Positions 20,824 to 31,409 of a DNA stretch of 53,644 nt are shown here, one piece after another. The stretch covers positions 1-53,644 of the forward strand of contig CAZWDO010000024.1 of the NCBI GenBank assembly GCA_964632485.1, written 5' to 3'. This DNA is from an uncultured bacterium. Lineage in GTDB: Bacteria; JAGOEH01. Under the pieces are notes generated by a model, which saw only the letters and a program-made list of their open reading frames with translations, was not told where the DNA came from and made no database searches. The position numbers and the translations under genes were made by a program. Every line of letters begins with the position of its first letter. The stretch's first letter is position 1.

Positions 20824-21910
20824 TTTTGCATTCAATATTGAACAGATTCACCTTAAATTTCCTGATAAAAAGATATTGGTAGCGGTAAAAGCCAATGCGT
20901 ATGGCCATGGATTAGTCGGTATTTCACGTTATGCAGAGCAAAATTTGCCGGTTGATTATCTGGCAGTGGCTCTGATCGGTGAAGGCATTACGCTGCGGCA
21001 AGCCGGTATTCGCATGCCGATTTTGGTTTTCGGCGGGTTGCTGCCCGAAGATATTCCCTATTTGTTCGAATACGATTTAATTCCTTCCATCATTAATCCC
21101 GAAATAGCCCGACGTATTGATTTTTATGCGCAGGAACATAATCGGAGGATCAAGGCTCATCTTGTCGTGGACACGGGGATGGGCCGTATAGGATTCTATT
21201 ATCAGCAGGCAATCGAAGAACTGCTTTCAATGCAGGCATTGAGCCACATTGAGTGGGAAGGGATATACACCCATTTCCCATCCGCCGACGAAAAGGATAA
21301 ATGTTTTACCCTAGAGCAGATTGCGCGATTGCGCCGGATTATCGACGATTTGGCTGGGCGGGGCTTTACCTTTCCCTTGCGCCATTCGTTTAATAGTGGC
21401 GCGATTATCGATCTTGAAGACGATTATTTCAACCTGGTCCGCCCCGGAGTGATGGCTTATGGGCTTTATCCCTCTCCGGAAGTGGATTTGTCTTTTCCCC
21501 TCAAACAAGTAATGACCTTGAAAGGGCGGATTGTCTTTCTTAAAGAAGTAGAGCCTGGACGCACGATTAGTTATGGCCGTTCCTGGGCGCCTAAAGAGCG
21601 GACTATAATCGCTACAGTTCCCCTGGGATACGGAGACGGCATTAATCGGCGATTTTCGAATTGCGGCGCGGTTTTGGTAAGGGGGCAACGGGTTCCTATC
21701 GTGGGACGAGTGACGATGGATCAGATCATGATTGATCTGGGCGCTTTGCCGGATAAAGAAACGATTGCTTTGGGTGAGGAAGTTGTTATTTACGGATACC
21801 AGAATGGGAATTGTATTCGGGTTGAAGAAGTGGCGGAACTTTTGCAGACCATCACGTATGAAGTCACCTGCTGGGTGAGTGATCGCGTCCCCCGTGTTTT
21901 TATTGAATAA
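20774..21910 (+). CDS. alr: Alanine racemase
   Basis: AVKANAYGHG, DTGMGRIG, PLGYGDG and GRVTMDQ; GAAAGGA ribosome-binding site before ATG 20774. Confidence 0.95.
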   Translation: MLPLWPRPVWAEIDLNSFAFNIEQIHLKFPDKKILVAVKANAYGHGLVGISRYAEQNLPVDYLAVALIGEGITLRQAGIRMPILVFGGLLPEDIPYLFEYDLIPSIINPEIARRIDFYAQEHNRRIKAHLVVDTGMGRIGFYYQQAIEELLSMQALSHIEWEGIYTHFPSADEKDKCFTLEQIARLRRIIDDLAGRGFTFPLRHSFNSGAIIDLEDDYFNLVRPGVMAYGLYPSPEVDLSFPLKQVMTLKGRIVFLKEVEPGRTISYGRSWAPKERTIIATVPLGYGDGINRRFSNCGAVLVRGQRVPIVGRVTMDQIMIDLGALPDKETIALGEEVVIYGYQNGNCIRVEEVAELLQTITYEVTCWVSDRVPRVFIE

Positions 21911-21964
21911 TGGATATGGGGCGAGCTTTTTTCCCCCGTCTGTTCAGCGTAGTCTGGATTATTC

Positions 21965-24900
21965 TTATTCGGTGTATGCTTGAAGAGGAATCGACACTAA
22001 AAAGAGAGTACCTTTTTCGTCCGATTCGATCAACTCCAGATTTCCATGATGAGCCAGGGCAATTTTTTTACTGATTGCCAACCCTAAACCGGACCCCTGT
22101 ATTTTAGTAGTGATATAGGGTGTAAAAATTCGCTGTTGTAAATCCAGCGGAATCCCGGGTCCGTCATCTTGAATTGATATCAGGCAATAGTGAGTATCAG
22201 GCTTGATGGTAAGAGTTATATGGACAGGTTTTTTATGGGATGCCTCGCGGCTGTTTTTTATCAGATTTTGAAATAAATGACTCATACTGTCCACGTCCGC
22301 CATAATGCTGAGTTGCGGGAATTGATTTTCAATCGTGAGTTCAATGTCCGGATTGCCTCGGTAAAGATCGAAAAGTGGATTCAGAATCTCTTGAAGGAAA
22401 ACTGGTTGGGAAGGGGCGATTTCATACTTGCTGAATTGCAAAAATTTTTGGCTTAACTGGCCTAAAATATTAATTTGTTGGTTAAGAACCGGATAGATTT
22501 TGGGAAACCAATCTAAAAAAGCCGGGCGATCTGTATTAAATAACTCATTTAATTGTTGGAGGGATAATTTGATGGGAGTGAGAGGGTTTTTAATTTCGTG
22601 GGCGATTTCCCGAGCAAATTCAACAGCCATACGCTCTCTTTCCAAAACCAGCATTCTGGACTGTGATTTTTGCAGGTTATAGTTTAGATGGTTGATTGCC
22701 CGCACGAGTTCAGCGCTTTCGTCTTTGCCGGTTACCGGAAGTGGGGGTATCGATTCACCTGCCAGTATAGCCGGTACAACTCGCGCTGTCCATTGGATAT
22801 GGCGGGTGATTCGCCGGGTTAAATAAATAGTCAGAGTTAGAATTAAAGTAATCAGTAAACAGTATATGACAAAAAATTGATTCTGAATTGCCAATAGTTC
22901 TTCATAATTGACGGCTTGCATTAAAGCAAGGTACCCATGGGTTGATTCATTAAAAAGTTGGGTCTTAGCGAAATAACAGGTATTCTCCCCCCAGCGTTTG
23001 ATTTGATATTGAATTTCAGGCACTAATAGTTTCAGATACGTATCAAAAGATAAACTGGCTGGGAATTGATGGACAAATGAATATCGTTCATTGAGTAACG
23101 CGTTATCGGCCTGAAGGAAAAATGTAAAGGTCAATCCTGTTTTTTCAAATAGATACAGCATGTCCAACGCATGGACTGGTATTAGAAATAAGCCTTTTCC
23201 GTAAAAATTTAAGGGTGTGCCCAGGGGAGTAAAAAGCAGCAGTGTAAGCTGATTGTTGATAATTTCCAATGATGTGTAAGGATATTGACAACGTTCCAAT
23301 TGAATTAAATGGGATTCTTTTAACAGACTGAATTCAAGATTCCGTTTCCAAAGCATTCCGTCACCATGAAATAGAATATATTTAAAATCAAGCTGATTCT
23401 CTTTTTCCGTCAACAATGAGTCATGAAGTGTCAGATTAGGTATGAATTGTTCTACATTACTGATTTTTTGGTGGAAATATTGTTCCAGCGCTTCCTGTTG
23501 ATCCTGAAACAGATTAATCAGATTGCGTTTGAATTTTTGATTGATCTCTTGCCGCGCCACATAAAAGAGACTCACTAAAAGTCCCAGTGAAAGGAGTAGT
23601 TGTATGAAAATGAATCGGGTCTGTATTGAGTGAACGATTTTTTGAAGTTGCGCTTTGTCGTACTTGAAGGCCCCCAACTCCAGGTGCCATAATGTATGAA
23701 AAAGGAAGAAAAAGATGATTAATAAAACCAGCAGTTTGAGAATGGTTGCCATGGATTGGTAAACCGGTGGGAATGTTAGGGCGATTGCGACATAGTGGCC
23801 ATCAATATCATCATCCTGAATTGGAATCATCAATTTTCCGACATGATTGACCAATTTCAGTTCCCGGGCGTTATAGGGAAATTGCTTGCTGTTTTCTTCT
23901 ATCGGCGCAAGTAGCGCGCCACGATGATATTCAGCGATGTTTAGCGAAAAGAAACGATTGGGCAGTTCTTCCATAAAACGGATATCTTCGGGTACAATAT
24001 GGTAAAGCAAGCGATGATCCAACCAGTATTGACAATTTTTCTCAAGATATGGGATGAAAAAAATGCGGTTATTGGGGGATCTCCAGGTCAGATAGTAAAA
24101 TGTTTGGTTTTCAAAATAGAAATAATACATTTTTAGCAAAGGTTCCGATTGCAACTCCCATCGATTCATTGTCCAGAACCATGCGTAGGGATAAGGCAGG
24201 TTGAACGTGTTTTCAGACTGTTTATTTTTGTCGATAATCCCCATCGGAAGGTGAGCGGAAATGTCGCTCGTCCCTTCCATGTTCAGTTTTTCTTCCACTT
24301 TTTTAATTTTTTGAAGGTAAGAAATGTTTTTATGTTTAAAGAAAAATTTGGATTGATTGTGAACAGTCTGGCTGATTAGCAGCCATTGATGAATAATAAC
24401 AGCGCTGAAAAAAAATAACAATATTCCCCAGAAAATGGGGAGGAAAAAATGGAATCGTTTTATTCGTATCCATACGATTAGAATTAATAACCCTGCCAAA
24501 AGAGCAATCAGCCATTCATTCACCAGCGCAACGATTAATATGCCATACAAAAAAACGTATAAACGTTTCATTCGGGATTTCTCTGTTAAACAGAGCATCC
24601 ATTGAAAGAGAGTATAAATGCAAATAGCGAATATAATCTGGATAACGACAGTTGTCGCAGATGGATAGAAATTGGAATAATGCCACAATCGTTGGCCGTT
24701 ATCAATAAGAACTCCTACTGAGCTTAAAAGAGCAAAAGGGACCAGCAGCAGTGAATATCCGGCGAAAATGATATCTGGCAAGCGGTGATTGGGGTATTTG
24801 GATTTCAGGGAATCAAAAATCCGCAACATGAGTAAAAGCATCCAGGAACTGATTAGCAGGCCGACATGATTCGTAATTATCCCCCCGGGATAGAAGAATA

Positions 24901-25498
24901 ATACTGTTTCTCCAATAAAGGGAGGATTCTCCATGGGGAGCATAAAACCGATGATAAAACCTGCCAGAGTTAGTAACCAGGCGGCTAATGGGTGTTTTGA
25001 TTTTAAATAAATAATGAACACACTGAAGAGGATGAGAAGTAGTAATCGCAACGCAGGCGCGTTTTTGTGTTCTTTGAGTGTTTTAGGCGCTATGATTTGG
25101 AGTGTGATTGATGAATCGATCGGTAATGAGAAAAAATGGTAATCCTTTATACGATCAGGCGAGAGACGATAGATTGAATCAGGGATGGCCTGGTTCCAGA
25201 CAATTTTTAGCTGTTTTGTATTTTCAAAAAGAATAAGATAGATTGTTTTAAGAGAGAATTTACGTCTAAGTTGATCTTCAATTGTATTAAGATGCTGATG
25301 GATTATTTTACGATTGTCCAGCGTAGGCAGATTGACTGATTTTAAAAACCCGGAATGTTCCTGTATATAACTGTCAATTTCTTGATAAAGCGCTTCTTGG
25401 TCACACGTTACAATTGATTTTGGTAGGAATGTATAAAAAAGTCCCAAAAAAATAAGTGGAAATAAAAAAAACAGAAGGCGTTTATTGTTCACGCTCAA
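21965..25498 (-). CDS. Multi-pass membrane sensor histidine kinase (NtrY-like C-terminus)
   Basis: HAMP-like segment, AHEIKNPLTP H-box, NLIKNS, DDGPG and GSGLGL. Confidence 0.9.
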   Translation of the reverse strand: MSVNNKRLLFFLFPLIFLGLFYTFLPKSIVTCDQEALYQEIDSYIQEHSGFLKSVNLPTLDNRKIIHQHLNTIEDQLRRKFSLKTIYLILFENTKQLKIVWNQAIPDSIYRLSPDRIKDYHFFSLPIDSSITLQIIAPKTLKEHKNAPALRLLLLILFSVFIIYLKSKHPLAAWLLTLAGFIIGFMLPMENPPFIGETVLFFYPGGIITNHVGLLISSWMLLLMLRIFDSLKSKYPNHRLPDIIFAGYSLLLVPFALLSSVGVLIDNGQRLWHYSNFYPSATTVVIQIIFAICIYTLFQWMLCLTEKSRMKRLYVFLYGILIVALVNEWLIALLAGLLILIVWIRIKRFHFFLPIFWGILLFFFSAVIIHQWLLISQTVHNQSKFFFKHKNISYLQKIKKVEEKLNMEGTSDISAHLPMGIIDKNKQSENTFNLPYPYAWFWTMNRWELQSEPLLKMYYFYFENQTFYYLTWRSPNNRIFFIPYLEKNCQYWLDHRLLYHIVPEDIRFMEELPNRFFSLNIAEYHRGALLAPIEENSKQFPYNARELKLVNHVGKLMIPIQDDDIDGHYVAIALTFPPVYQSMATILKLLVLLIIFFFLFHTLWHLELGAFKYDKAQLQKIVHSIQTRFIFIQLLLSLGLLVSLFYVARQEINQKFKRNLINLFQDQQEALEQYFHQKISNVEQFIPNLTLHDSLLTEKENQLDFKYILFHGDGMLWKRNLEFSLLKESHLIQLERCQYPYTSLEIINNQLTLLLFTPLGTPLNFYGKGLFLIPVHALDMLYLFEKTGLTFTFFLQADNALLNERYSFVHQFPASLSFDTYLKLLVPEIQYQIKRWGENTCYFAKTQLFNESTHGYLALMQAVNYEELLAIQNQFFVIYCLLITLILTLTIYLTRRITRHIQWTARVVPAILAGESIPPLPVTGKDESAELVRAINHLNYNLQKSQSRMLVLERERMAVEFAREIAHEIKNPLTPIKLSLQQLNELFNTDRPAFLDWFPKIYPVLNQQINILGQLSQKFLQFSKYEIAPSQPVFLQEILNPLFDLYRGNPDIELTIENQFPQLSIMADVDSMSHLFQNLIKNSREASHKKPVHITLTIKPDTHYCLISIQDDGPGIPLDLQQRIFTPYITTKIQGSGLGLAISKKIALAHHGNLELIESDEKGTLFLVSIPLQAYTE

Positions 25499-25901
25499 TG
25501 ATCGAAATCTGATTTATTACCCATCCCTTTTCCGAACGAATCAGATTGAGCTGGAAATTCAGACGGCAATTCATGTTCTTTTTAGTATTCAATACTGAAA
25601 ATTCAGCCTGGGCTAAAAGAGTATCTCCATTGCCTTGTTGGGCGCTTGATTCCAGCTTTTCAGTTTTAAAAAGCGGATTAAATTTTTCGAGCAAATAATA
25701 GACTTGGCGGGCAGAATAAAAGGATTTCATTATTCGCATAGTCGATGTCTGGATTTCTATCAAAATTTTATCTGACGTCAGGAAAGAAGTCAGTTTGGTG
25801 TACTCATTGTTTTGTATAAGAGGCCAAATTTCATCAGGATTGGCGCGCGCAGTCAGACAAAAAAAGAGCAGGCAGGCGGCAGTCAGATGTAATTGTTTCA
25901 T
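25482..25901 (-). CDS. Secreted hypothetical protein (DUF4783-like)
   Basis: Signal peptide and YSARQ motif; overlaps its neighbours in the operon. Confidence 0.6.
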   Translation of the reverse strand: MKQLHLTAACLLFFCLTARANPDEIWPLIQNNEYTKLTSFLTSDKILIEIQTSTMRIMKSFYSARQVYYLLEKFNPLFKTEKLESSAQQGNGDTLLAQAEFSVLNTKKNMNCRLNFQLNLIRSEKGWVINQISIIEREQ

Positions 25902-26203
25902 AAGTTCATCTCTTTTATGGTTTTAAGTCGATTTAATTCGAAATTCAAACCGTTTAAAAATTCATCAGCAAGAGTATCATTGACTAAATCTTGCAGCGCG
26001 TGTTCCATGTCGTCTATAAGCCTGAGTATCAGAGCAGTTTCTGAACTGTCTTTACATAAATCGGCGTAGCTGAATTCTGTCTCCCAAGTGTCGTTGTACT
26101 GTTGAATAAAATCTTGTATTTTAATTCTTAACGGTTCCGGGTCAGCAAGCTTATTCCAATCGATACTGATTTTTACAGAGATATTGGGTATCTGGGTCTC
26201 CAT
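25898..26203 (-). CDS. Hypothetical protein
   Basis: 101-aa ORF whose stop overlaps the next start. Confidence 0.6.
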   Translation of the reverse strand: METQIPNISVKISIDWNKLADPEPLRIKIQDFIQQYNDTWETEFSYADLCKDSSETALILRLIDDMEHALQDLVNDTLADEFLNGLNFELNRLKTIKEMNL

Positions 26204-26220
26204 TAGATTTTAAATCGGGT

Positions 26221-26436
26221 TTAAACCTTACCGCGATATAAAATGGCAAAGGGAGTAACAATCAGGTAGTTAATGATAAGGATAATCGGCGCAACAGTCA
26301 TAGATATGGGTCCATCTACCGGCGGACGAGAGAGCAGCCAGAAGCCAAGAATTGTCAAAATCAAACTCAAAGCCAATGTTGCGTAATTAATCGTATTGAA
26401 GGCAAATTGATGGTTTATGGTATCACGATTTTTCAT
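26221..26436 (-). CDS. Small membrane protein (DUF3098-like)
   Basis: NY...GF.LLS...S.TVAPIIL...PFAIL pattern; GGAG ribosome-binding site. Confidence 0.7.
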   Translation of the reverse strand: MKNRDTINHQFAFNTINYATLALSLILTILGFWLLSRPPVDGPISMTVAPIILIINYLIVTPFAILYRGKV

Positions 26437-26492
26437 AGAGTCTCCTTAGGTAGGTTTAAATTTATAACTGACGTGAGGGGGAAAAGTTCCAT

Positions 26493-28265
26493 TTAATTTA
26501 AAATGTCTATTTGCCGGTTTTTTAAGCGATAAAAATGAAGATATTTGTTGGATTGCGATTCGGAATAAAAATTATAGTGTCCGGATGTGCCTTCGAAATT
26601 GCTTTGTTGATGGAGAAAATTTAGAATGGCCTGGGGTGTAGTTGCGCTCTGACGAATAGCTTCAAGTAGAAGTAGAGCGGCATCAAATGATTTTTTGGCG
26701 ACAATATCCGGAATCTGATTAAACTGTTGTGAATATTCATTTTCAAAGTAAATTTGTAGCGGGGATTTTTTATTATTAAACGACAAGTCATCACTGGCAA
26801 TGATAATCTCATTCATGTCCCAGACATGATTTTGCAGAAGCTGTTGATCTAAATAGACCGTATTTCCGAGGACCGTAGTTTGTATCAGTTGACTATTGAG
26901 TTCGGGAAGTATTTCCAGAGCCTGATCGACAGTTTCCAGTGGAATGAAAAAGGCGGGAATTTTATAATAGGGAGAATACGCGTTTTTAATTAATATTGAG
27001 TCTTTAAACATCACTAATAGAGAATCGTTATTGATTTTTGATTTTAATTTTTTCAGTAATATTTCCACATCCTGTATGTTAGAGTTGAACCATAGAGTAT
27101 CAATAAGTCGGGCGCCCAGCTTTTCGGCCATATCGATGAAGGCTTGACTGATGCGGTGGCCGAAGACACTATTCGGGGCTAAAACGACAAATTGATTGTG
27201 GCGTAAATGCTGGATTGCATACTCGGCGATACTGCGCCCCTGTTGGGCTGGTGGAACGCGTAATTGAAAGACGCTTGCGCCCAGATCCGGCAAGTTATCG
27301 ATAACTACCGTCGGGGTCAATAGCGGAATAGAATCGTCGCCCGCCACGATAGATGCCGCAAGGGTATTGACCGAACGTACCGGTCCGATGATCCCTGAAA
27401 TATCCGGAGTTTTTAATATTAACTTTATTTTTTGAACAGTGACGATTGGGTCATTCTCATTATCCCAATATAAAGGGCGTACAAAAAGTGAATCCTTATC
27501 GGCGATATAATGACAGGCCAGGTGGGTGCCATATAATAATTCTTTTCCATACGAGAGCTTGTCTTCTGTTAAAGGTCCAATAATCGCGATGCGGAATCGG
27601 GCATTGAGAAAGGAGTGGCAAATTGAACTTAGCGAATCGATGGGTAAGATAAGCTTGGAGGCGCTATCGAATTCCCGGATAGCCTGGAAACGGGTGAACG
27701 CATTTTCGTAGCGACTTTGTTTAAGTTCTTCCAAAGCTATATAGTAGGAAGTCAACACCTGAAAGGGCAGAGGAATTGAATCGCCGGGTTGAAAATCGAA
27801 TTCGATCGGTTGGCATTGACGGAGAAGAGTATCTATATCCGTTAGAATTCGATTTTTTAGTAATTCGTCACCGATATCAGCATACCAGGCGCGAGCATAG
27901 CAGTTGTAGGCTTGATGATATTTCAGTTCCATCCGATTAATTTTTGCCAATAAATAATAGGCATTGCCAGATGAGGGATGGTCGGGGAAATTCTCGATAA
28001 ATTTAGTGATCGCTTTATGCGCTTTCGTTAATTGCGAAAGTTCCAAATAGCAATTTGCCTGAACCATATAAATCATGGGGAGCTGGGGGTGTTTCTGATT
28101 AAATCGTAGAAGTGTGTCGATTTGATTCAGGGCTTGCTTGTATTGCTTGTTTTGAAAAGCCGAAAAAATAGTGTCCCATTTATCGCGAGGTTTTTGGAGT
28201 TGGGCCTGCGCTTGCAGCGCAATCAAACCCAATATACCCAATAAGATAAATTGTTTTAAATCCAT
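26493..28265 (-). CDS. TPR + type I periplasmic binding domain protein (LpoA-like)
   Basis: Signal peptide, TPR repeats, IAIIGPLT, IIGP and FEGTSG. Confidence 0.75.
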   Translation of the reverse strand: MDLKQFILLGILGLIALQAQAQLQKPRDKWDTIFSAFQNKQYKQALNQIDTLLRFNQKHPQLPMIYMVQANCYLELSQLTKAHKAITKFIENFPDHPSSGNAYYLLAKINRMELKYHQAYNCYARAWYADIGDELLKNRILTDIDTLLRQCQPIEFDFQPGDSIPLPFQVLTSYYIALEELKQSRYENAFTRFQAIREFDSASKLILPIDSLSSICHSFLNARFRIAIIGPLTEDKLSYGKELLYGTHLACHYIADKDSLFVRPLYWDNENDPIVTVQKIKLILKTPDISGIIGPVRSVNTLAASIVAGDDSIPLLTPTVVIDNLPDLGASVFQLRVPPAQQGRSIAEYAIQHLRHNQFVVLAPNSVFGHRISQAFIDMAEKLGARLIDTLWFNSNIQDVEILLKKLKSKINNDSLLVMFKDSILIKNAYSPYYKIPAFFIPLETVDQALEILPELNSQLIQTTVLGNTVYLDQQLLQNHVWDMNEIIIASDDLSFNNKKSPLQIYFENEYSQQFNQIPDIVAKKSFDAALLLLEAIRQSATTPQAILNFLHQQSNFEGTSGHYNFYSESQSNKYLHFYRLKNRQIDILN

Positions 28266-28750
28266 AGATCACCAAAATATTCGGGATTAAGGTTATTCAA
28301 CCGGTTTTTAATGCGCTCGAAATAATCAATGGAATTGTTTTCGATGGATTGTGAAAAGGGTGAGATGCTATTGAAGACTTTATCCATAACATAGATCGGC
28401 GCTTTGGCGCGGAGAGCCAACGCAACGGCATCACTAGGCCGCGCATCAATTTGAAGCAATCGCTCTCTGGATTCAAGAATGAGTTGACAATGATAGGTAT
28501 TGTCAATGATTTGATGAATGATCACTTTACAGAATTCGATTCCAAGTTGCTGAAAAATAGAAATAGTCAAGTCATGAGTTAGTGGTCGTTCTGATTTTGT
28601 TTTAGTTAAAGCCATGCTGATGCTGAAGGCTTCTTCTTCACCGATCCAGATCGGTAAAATGCGTTCGCCATTTTCTTCCTGCAGGATTAACACGGGTGAT
28701 TCAGAGTGTGTATCGACAACTAAACCACGAATACTTACCTGTACAATCAT
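28256..28750 (-). CDS. Bifunctional nuclease family (DUF151)
   Basis: LPIWIG..EA, RPLTHDL and DARPSDAVALA. Confidence 0.92.
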   Translation of the reverse strand: MIVQVSIRGLVVDTHSESPVLILQEENGERILPIWIGEEEAFSISMALTKTKSERPLTHDLTISIFQQLGIEFCKVIIHQIIDNTYHCQLILESRERLLQIDARPSDAVALALRAKAPIYVMDKVFNSISPFSQSIENNSIDYFERIKNRLNNLNPEYFGDLWI

Positions 28751-28778
28751 AAGTCTCCATTAGCGATCATTAAAGTAA

Positions 28779-28810
28779 CCCCCCTCCGGATAAGCCGTCC
28801 TGAAGGGGGG
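28779..28810 (-). terminator. Probable terminator after rplI
   Basis: Minus strand CCCCCCTTCAGGA...TCCGGAGGGGGG followed by TTACTTT. Confidence 0.55.
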
Positions 28811-28816
28811 AGGTGA

Positions 28817-29263
28817 TTATTGGCGGACAACCCAGACTTTTATGGTTGCCTGGTGCGAACTATCCATTTTAATGGGGATATCATACACACCTAATTTTTT
28901 GATATGATCGCTCATAATGATATGGCTTTTAGTAATTTGCTTATAGCCTTTGGCCTGTAATTCATCGATAATATGTTGAACCGTAACCGATCCATAGAGC
29001 TGTTCCTCATCGCCTGCCGCCATGGCGATCGTAATCGATTCACCTTCCAGATTGTTGCAAATCTGTTCGATTTCCAGCGCCATTTTTTTAGTCTTGCGAT
29101 CGCGGCTTTTAGCCTCCATTTCCCATACTTTGAGGTTACTGGGAGTGGCCGACATAGCCAACTTTTGAGGAATTAAATAATTCCGGGCATATCCGGGCTT
29201 AACATTGACAATCTGGCCCTGGTTGCCCAATTTATAAATAGTTTCGCGCAAAATGACCTGCAT
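28817..29263 (-). CDS. rplI: 50S ribosomal protein L9
   Basis: MQVIL...LG..G.IVNVKPGYARNYLIP and LYGSVT. Confidence 0.96.
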   Translation of the reverse strand: MQVILRETIYKLGNQGQIVNVKPGYARNYLIPQKLAMSATPSNLKVWEMEAKSRDRKTKKMALEIEQICNNLEGESITIAMAAGDEEQLYGSVTVQHIIDELQAKGYKQITKSHIIMSDHIKKLGVYDIPIKMDSSHQATIKVWVVRQ

Positions 29264-29265
29264 AT

Positions 29266-30225
29266 TCATTCTCCTGCTTGAGTGTCTTTTAACAATAATT
29301 GATCCTTTTCCCGCCATGCGAAAAACTGATCGAAGACGCCCAGGATGGCAATCATCATCAGCGAATAGGGAAAGAACATCAAAAGAGTTAAAATGACGGT
29401 TAGAATCAGCATGATTTTAGGTTTACGAGTGATCCACCAATAGATTCCCAAAGAAAAACCGGCGCATGCGTAAGTAATTCCCGCTATTAGCATCAGGTTC
29501 AACCCGAAGCTGGCATAAGGCTCCAATTTCAGGATTTGCATAATAAGCGAGAGCGCCAGTAACCAGAAAATAAAATCCGGCGTTTTAAGATAACGAAAGG
29601 AAATCGATATAGGCGGAACGATGTTGAAATAACGCTCCAACAGTTTAAACATGATGGTGTACAAAAGAAAAAAGACAATAAGGGTTTCAATAAAATTGCC
29701 GAAGGGCAGTAATTTAATCATCAAATCTGGGATGGTTTGTTCCAAAAGCTGGAGAGTATCCTCTCCTTGAGCAGCGAAAAAAGGGTTTTGTCTGAATAGC
29801 TGCATCTGCGCCATTATCTGATTTTGAATTTCTGCGATAGCGGCTTGGTGATTGCCGGGGAAAAGAATGGCATAAAGCCAATCCAGCAGGTTTTTCAATA
29901 GGGCGGTTAGCAGTAGTAAGGTATAAAACAAAATTTTTTGCTGCAGGAAGAAACCGACAAACCAACCGGCACCGGCAAACGCGAGGTAAGCAAACCCAAG
30001 ATTGTCATGGATTATGATTCCGGTAATTGCAAAAACCAAGCCAACTCCAATCGATATCATATTGAAATGAGGGAAATTGTACTGTAACCAGGTCATTGAG
30101 GCGATTATCAGAATCCCCGGCGCCAGATAAAGGGATTCAACAAGCCAACCGCTAATAAACAGGATGGAAGCCAGTACAAAAATTGACCAGGCTATGGATG
30201 ATTTATGCAACACGTTGGACACCAT
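29266..30225 (-). CDS. DUF2232 (YybS-like) membrane protein
   Basis: Polytopic membrane ORF in the conserved position between rpsR and rplI; LGVFD...WR ending. Confidence 0.8.
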   Translation of the reverse strand: MVSNVLHKSSIAWSIFVLASILFISGWLVESLYLAPGILIIASMTWLQYNFPHFNMISIGVGLVFAITGIIIHDNLGFAYLAFAGAGWFVGFFLQQKILFYTLLLLTALLKNLLDWLYAILFPGNHQAAIAEIQNQIMAQMQLFRQNPFFAAQGEDTLQLLEQTIPDLMIKLLPFGNFIETLIVFFLLYTIMFKLLERYFNIVPPISISFRYLKTPDFIFWLLALSLIMQILKLEPYASFGLNLMLIAGITYACAGFSLGIYWWITRKPKIMLILTVILTLLMFFPYSLMMIAILGVFDQFFAWREKDQLLLKDTQAGE

Positions 30226-30234
30226 CGGGTAAAT

Positions 30235-30468
30235 TTAATTTGAAATATCGACGACAAAAGGTAATAAAGCGATGTGACGCGCTTTTTTTATCGCATTGGC
30301 AATTTGTCGCTGATGTTTGGCGCATACTCGTGAGTAACGACGCGGGACGATTTTCCCACTGTCGGATATATAGCGTTTCAGAAAATCGATATTCTTATAA
30401 TTGATTTCCTGTTTATCACGGCAGATCATACAATGTTTGATTACGACGGGGCGTTCTTTATAGCTCAT
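30235..30468 (-). CDS. rpsR: 30S ribosomal protein S18 (zinc-binding type)
   Basis: CxxC, YKN, GKIVPRR and C.KHQRQIANAIKKARHIALLPF. Confidence 0.97.
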   Translation of the reverse strand: MSYKERPVVIKHCMICRDKQEINYKNIDFLKRYISDSGKIVPRRYSRVCAKHQRQIANAIKKARHIALLPFVVDISN

Positions 30469-30481
30469 GATTTCGCTCCTT

Positions 30482-30799
30482 TTATTGATTAATTTGGTAT
30501 TGAGCCGATTCGGAATTAGTCAGACACACTGTGATGTAACGGATGATATTTTCATCAATCCGGTAGCTGTTTTCCAGTGTTCGTACAATTGTCTCGGGGG
30601 CCTGAAAATGAAATTGAATGTAGAAACCCTGACGATTACGGCGAATCTCGTAGGCCATCGTTTTTAAACCCCAATTTTCTTTTTTCAGGATTGTTCCCTC
30701 ATTTTTTATAATCAGGGCTTCATACTTGTTGATCAGTTCGTTAAGACTTGCATCATCCATTTGTGGTTTGACAATGAAAATGGATTCGTAAGCTTTCAT
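30482..30799 (-). CDS. rpsF: 30S ribosomal protein S6
   Basis: YESIFIVKP, WGLKTMAYEI and GFY. Confidence 0.96.
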   Translation of the reverse strand: MKAYESIFIVKPQMDDASLNELINKYEALIIKNEGTILKKENWGLKTMAYEIRRNRQGFYIQFHFQAPETIVRTLENSYRIDENIIRYITVCLTNSESAQYQINQ

Positions 30800-30819
30800 T
30801 ATGTGAACTCCTTTGGACG

Positions 30820-31407
30820 TTACGACCCCATTGCAGGCAATGGAGCAGGTTGTTTTTTTTCGTTAAGAAGGTTCATCGCCCGGGAGATGCCTTGGTTGTG
30901 CCATACGTATAAAGCGTCGAATGCTTTCGCAAAAAGCGCTTGGAATGTTTCAATTTCAGTGGGTCGAAAAGGCGATAGAACAAAATCGGCCAAATCCAAA
31001 TTCTCAGGTTTGGGGCCGATGCCAAACCGTAAACGTGAAAACAGGTTGGATTGCAACGAATCGATGATTGACTGAACACCGTTATGGCCTCCGGCGCTGC
31101 CCTTAGCCCGAACTCGCATGGTACCGACGGGCAGACTGACATCATCGAAGACGATAATCAAATCTTCAGCGGATAATTGCATTTCGTTGCAGATAAAATG
31201 CGTTCCCTTACCACTCAAATTCATAAAAGATAAGGGTTTGGCAAAAAGCCACCGATTGTCGTACCACCATTCAATACGACTGTTGCGCTGATGCTTTAAG
31301 GGTGTTTTCATTTGGCTGAGACAATAATCGATAAATTGAAAGCCAATATTATGTCGATGGTCCTGATAACCGGGACCGGGATTGCCTAAGCCAATTATTC
31401 CTATCAT
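30820..31407 (-). CDS. pth: Peptidyl-tRNA hydrolase
   Basis: GLGNPG, RHNIGF, MNLSG, GGHNG and RLRFGIG. Confidence 0.96.
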   Translation of the reverse strand: MIGIIGLGNPGPGYQDHRHNIGFQFIDYCLSQMKTPLKHQRNSRIEWWYDNRWLFAKPLSFMNLSGKGTHFICNEMQLSAEDLIIVFDDVSLPVGTMRVRAKGSAGGHNGVQSIIDSLQSNLFSRLRFGIGPKPENLDLADFVLSPFRPTEIETFQALFAKAFDALYVWHNQGISRAMNLLNEKKQPAPLPAMGS

Positions 31408-31409
31408 GA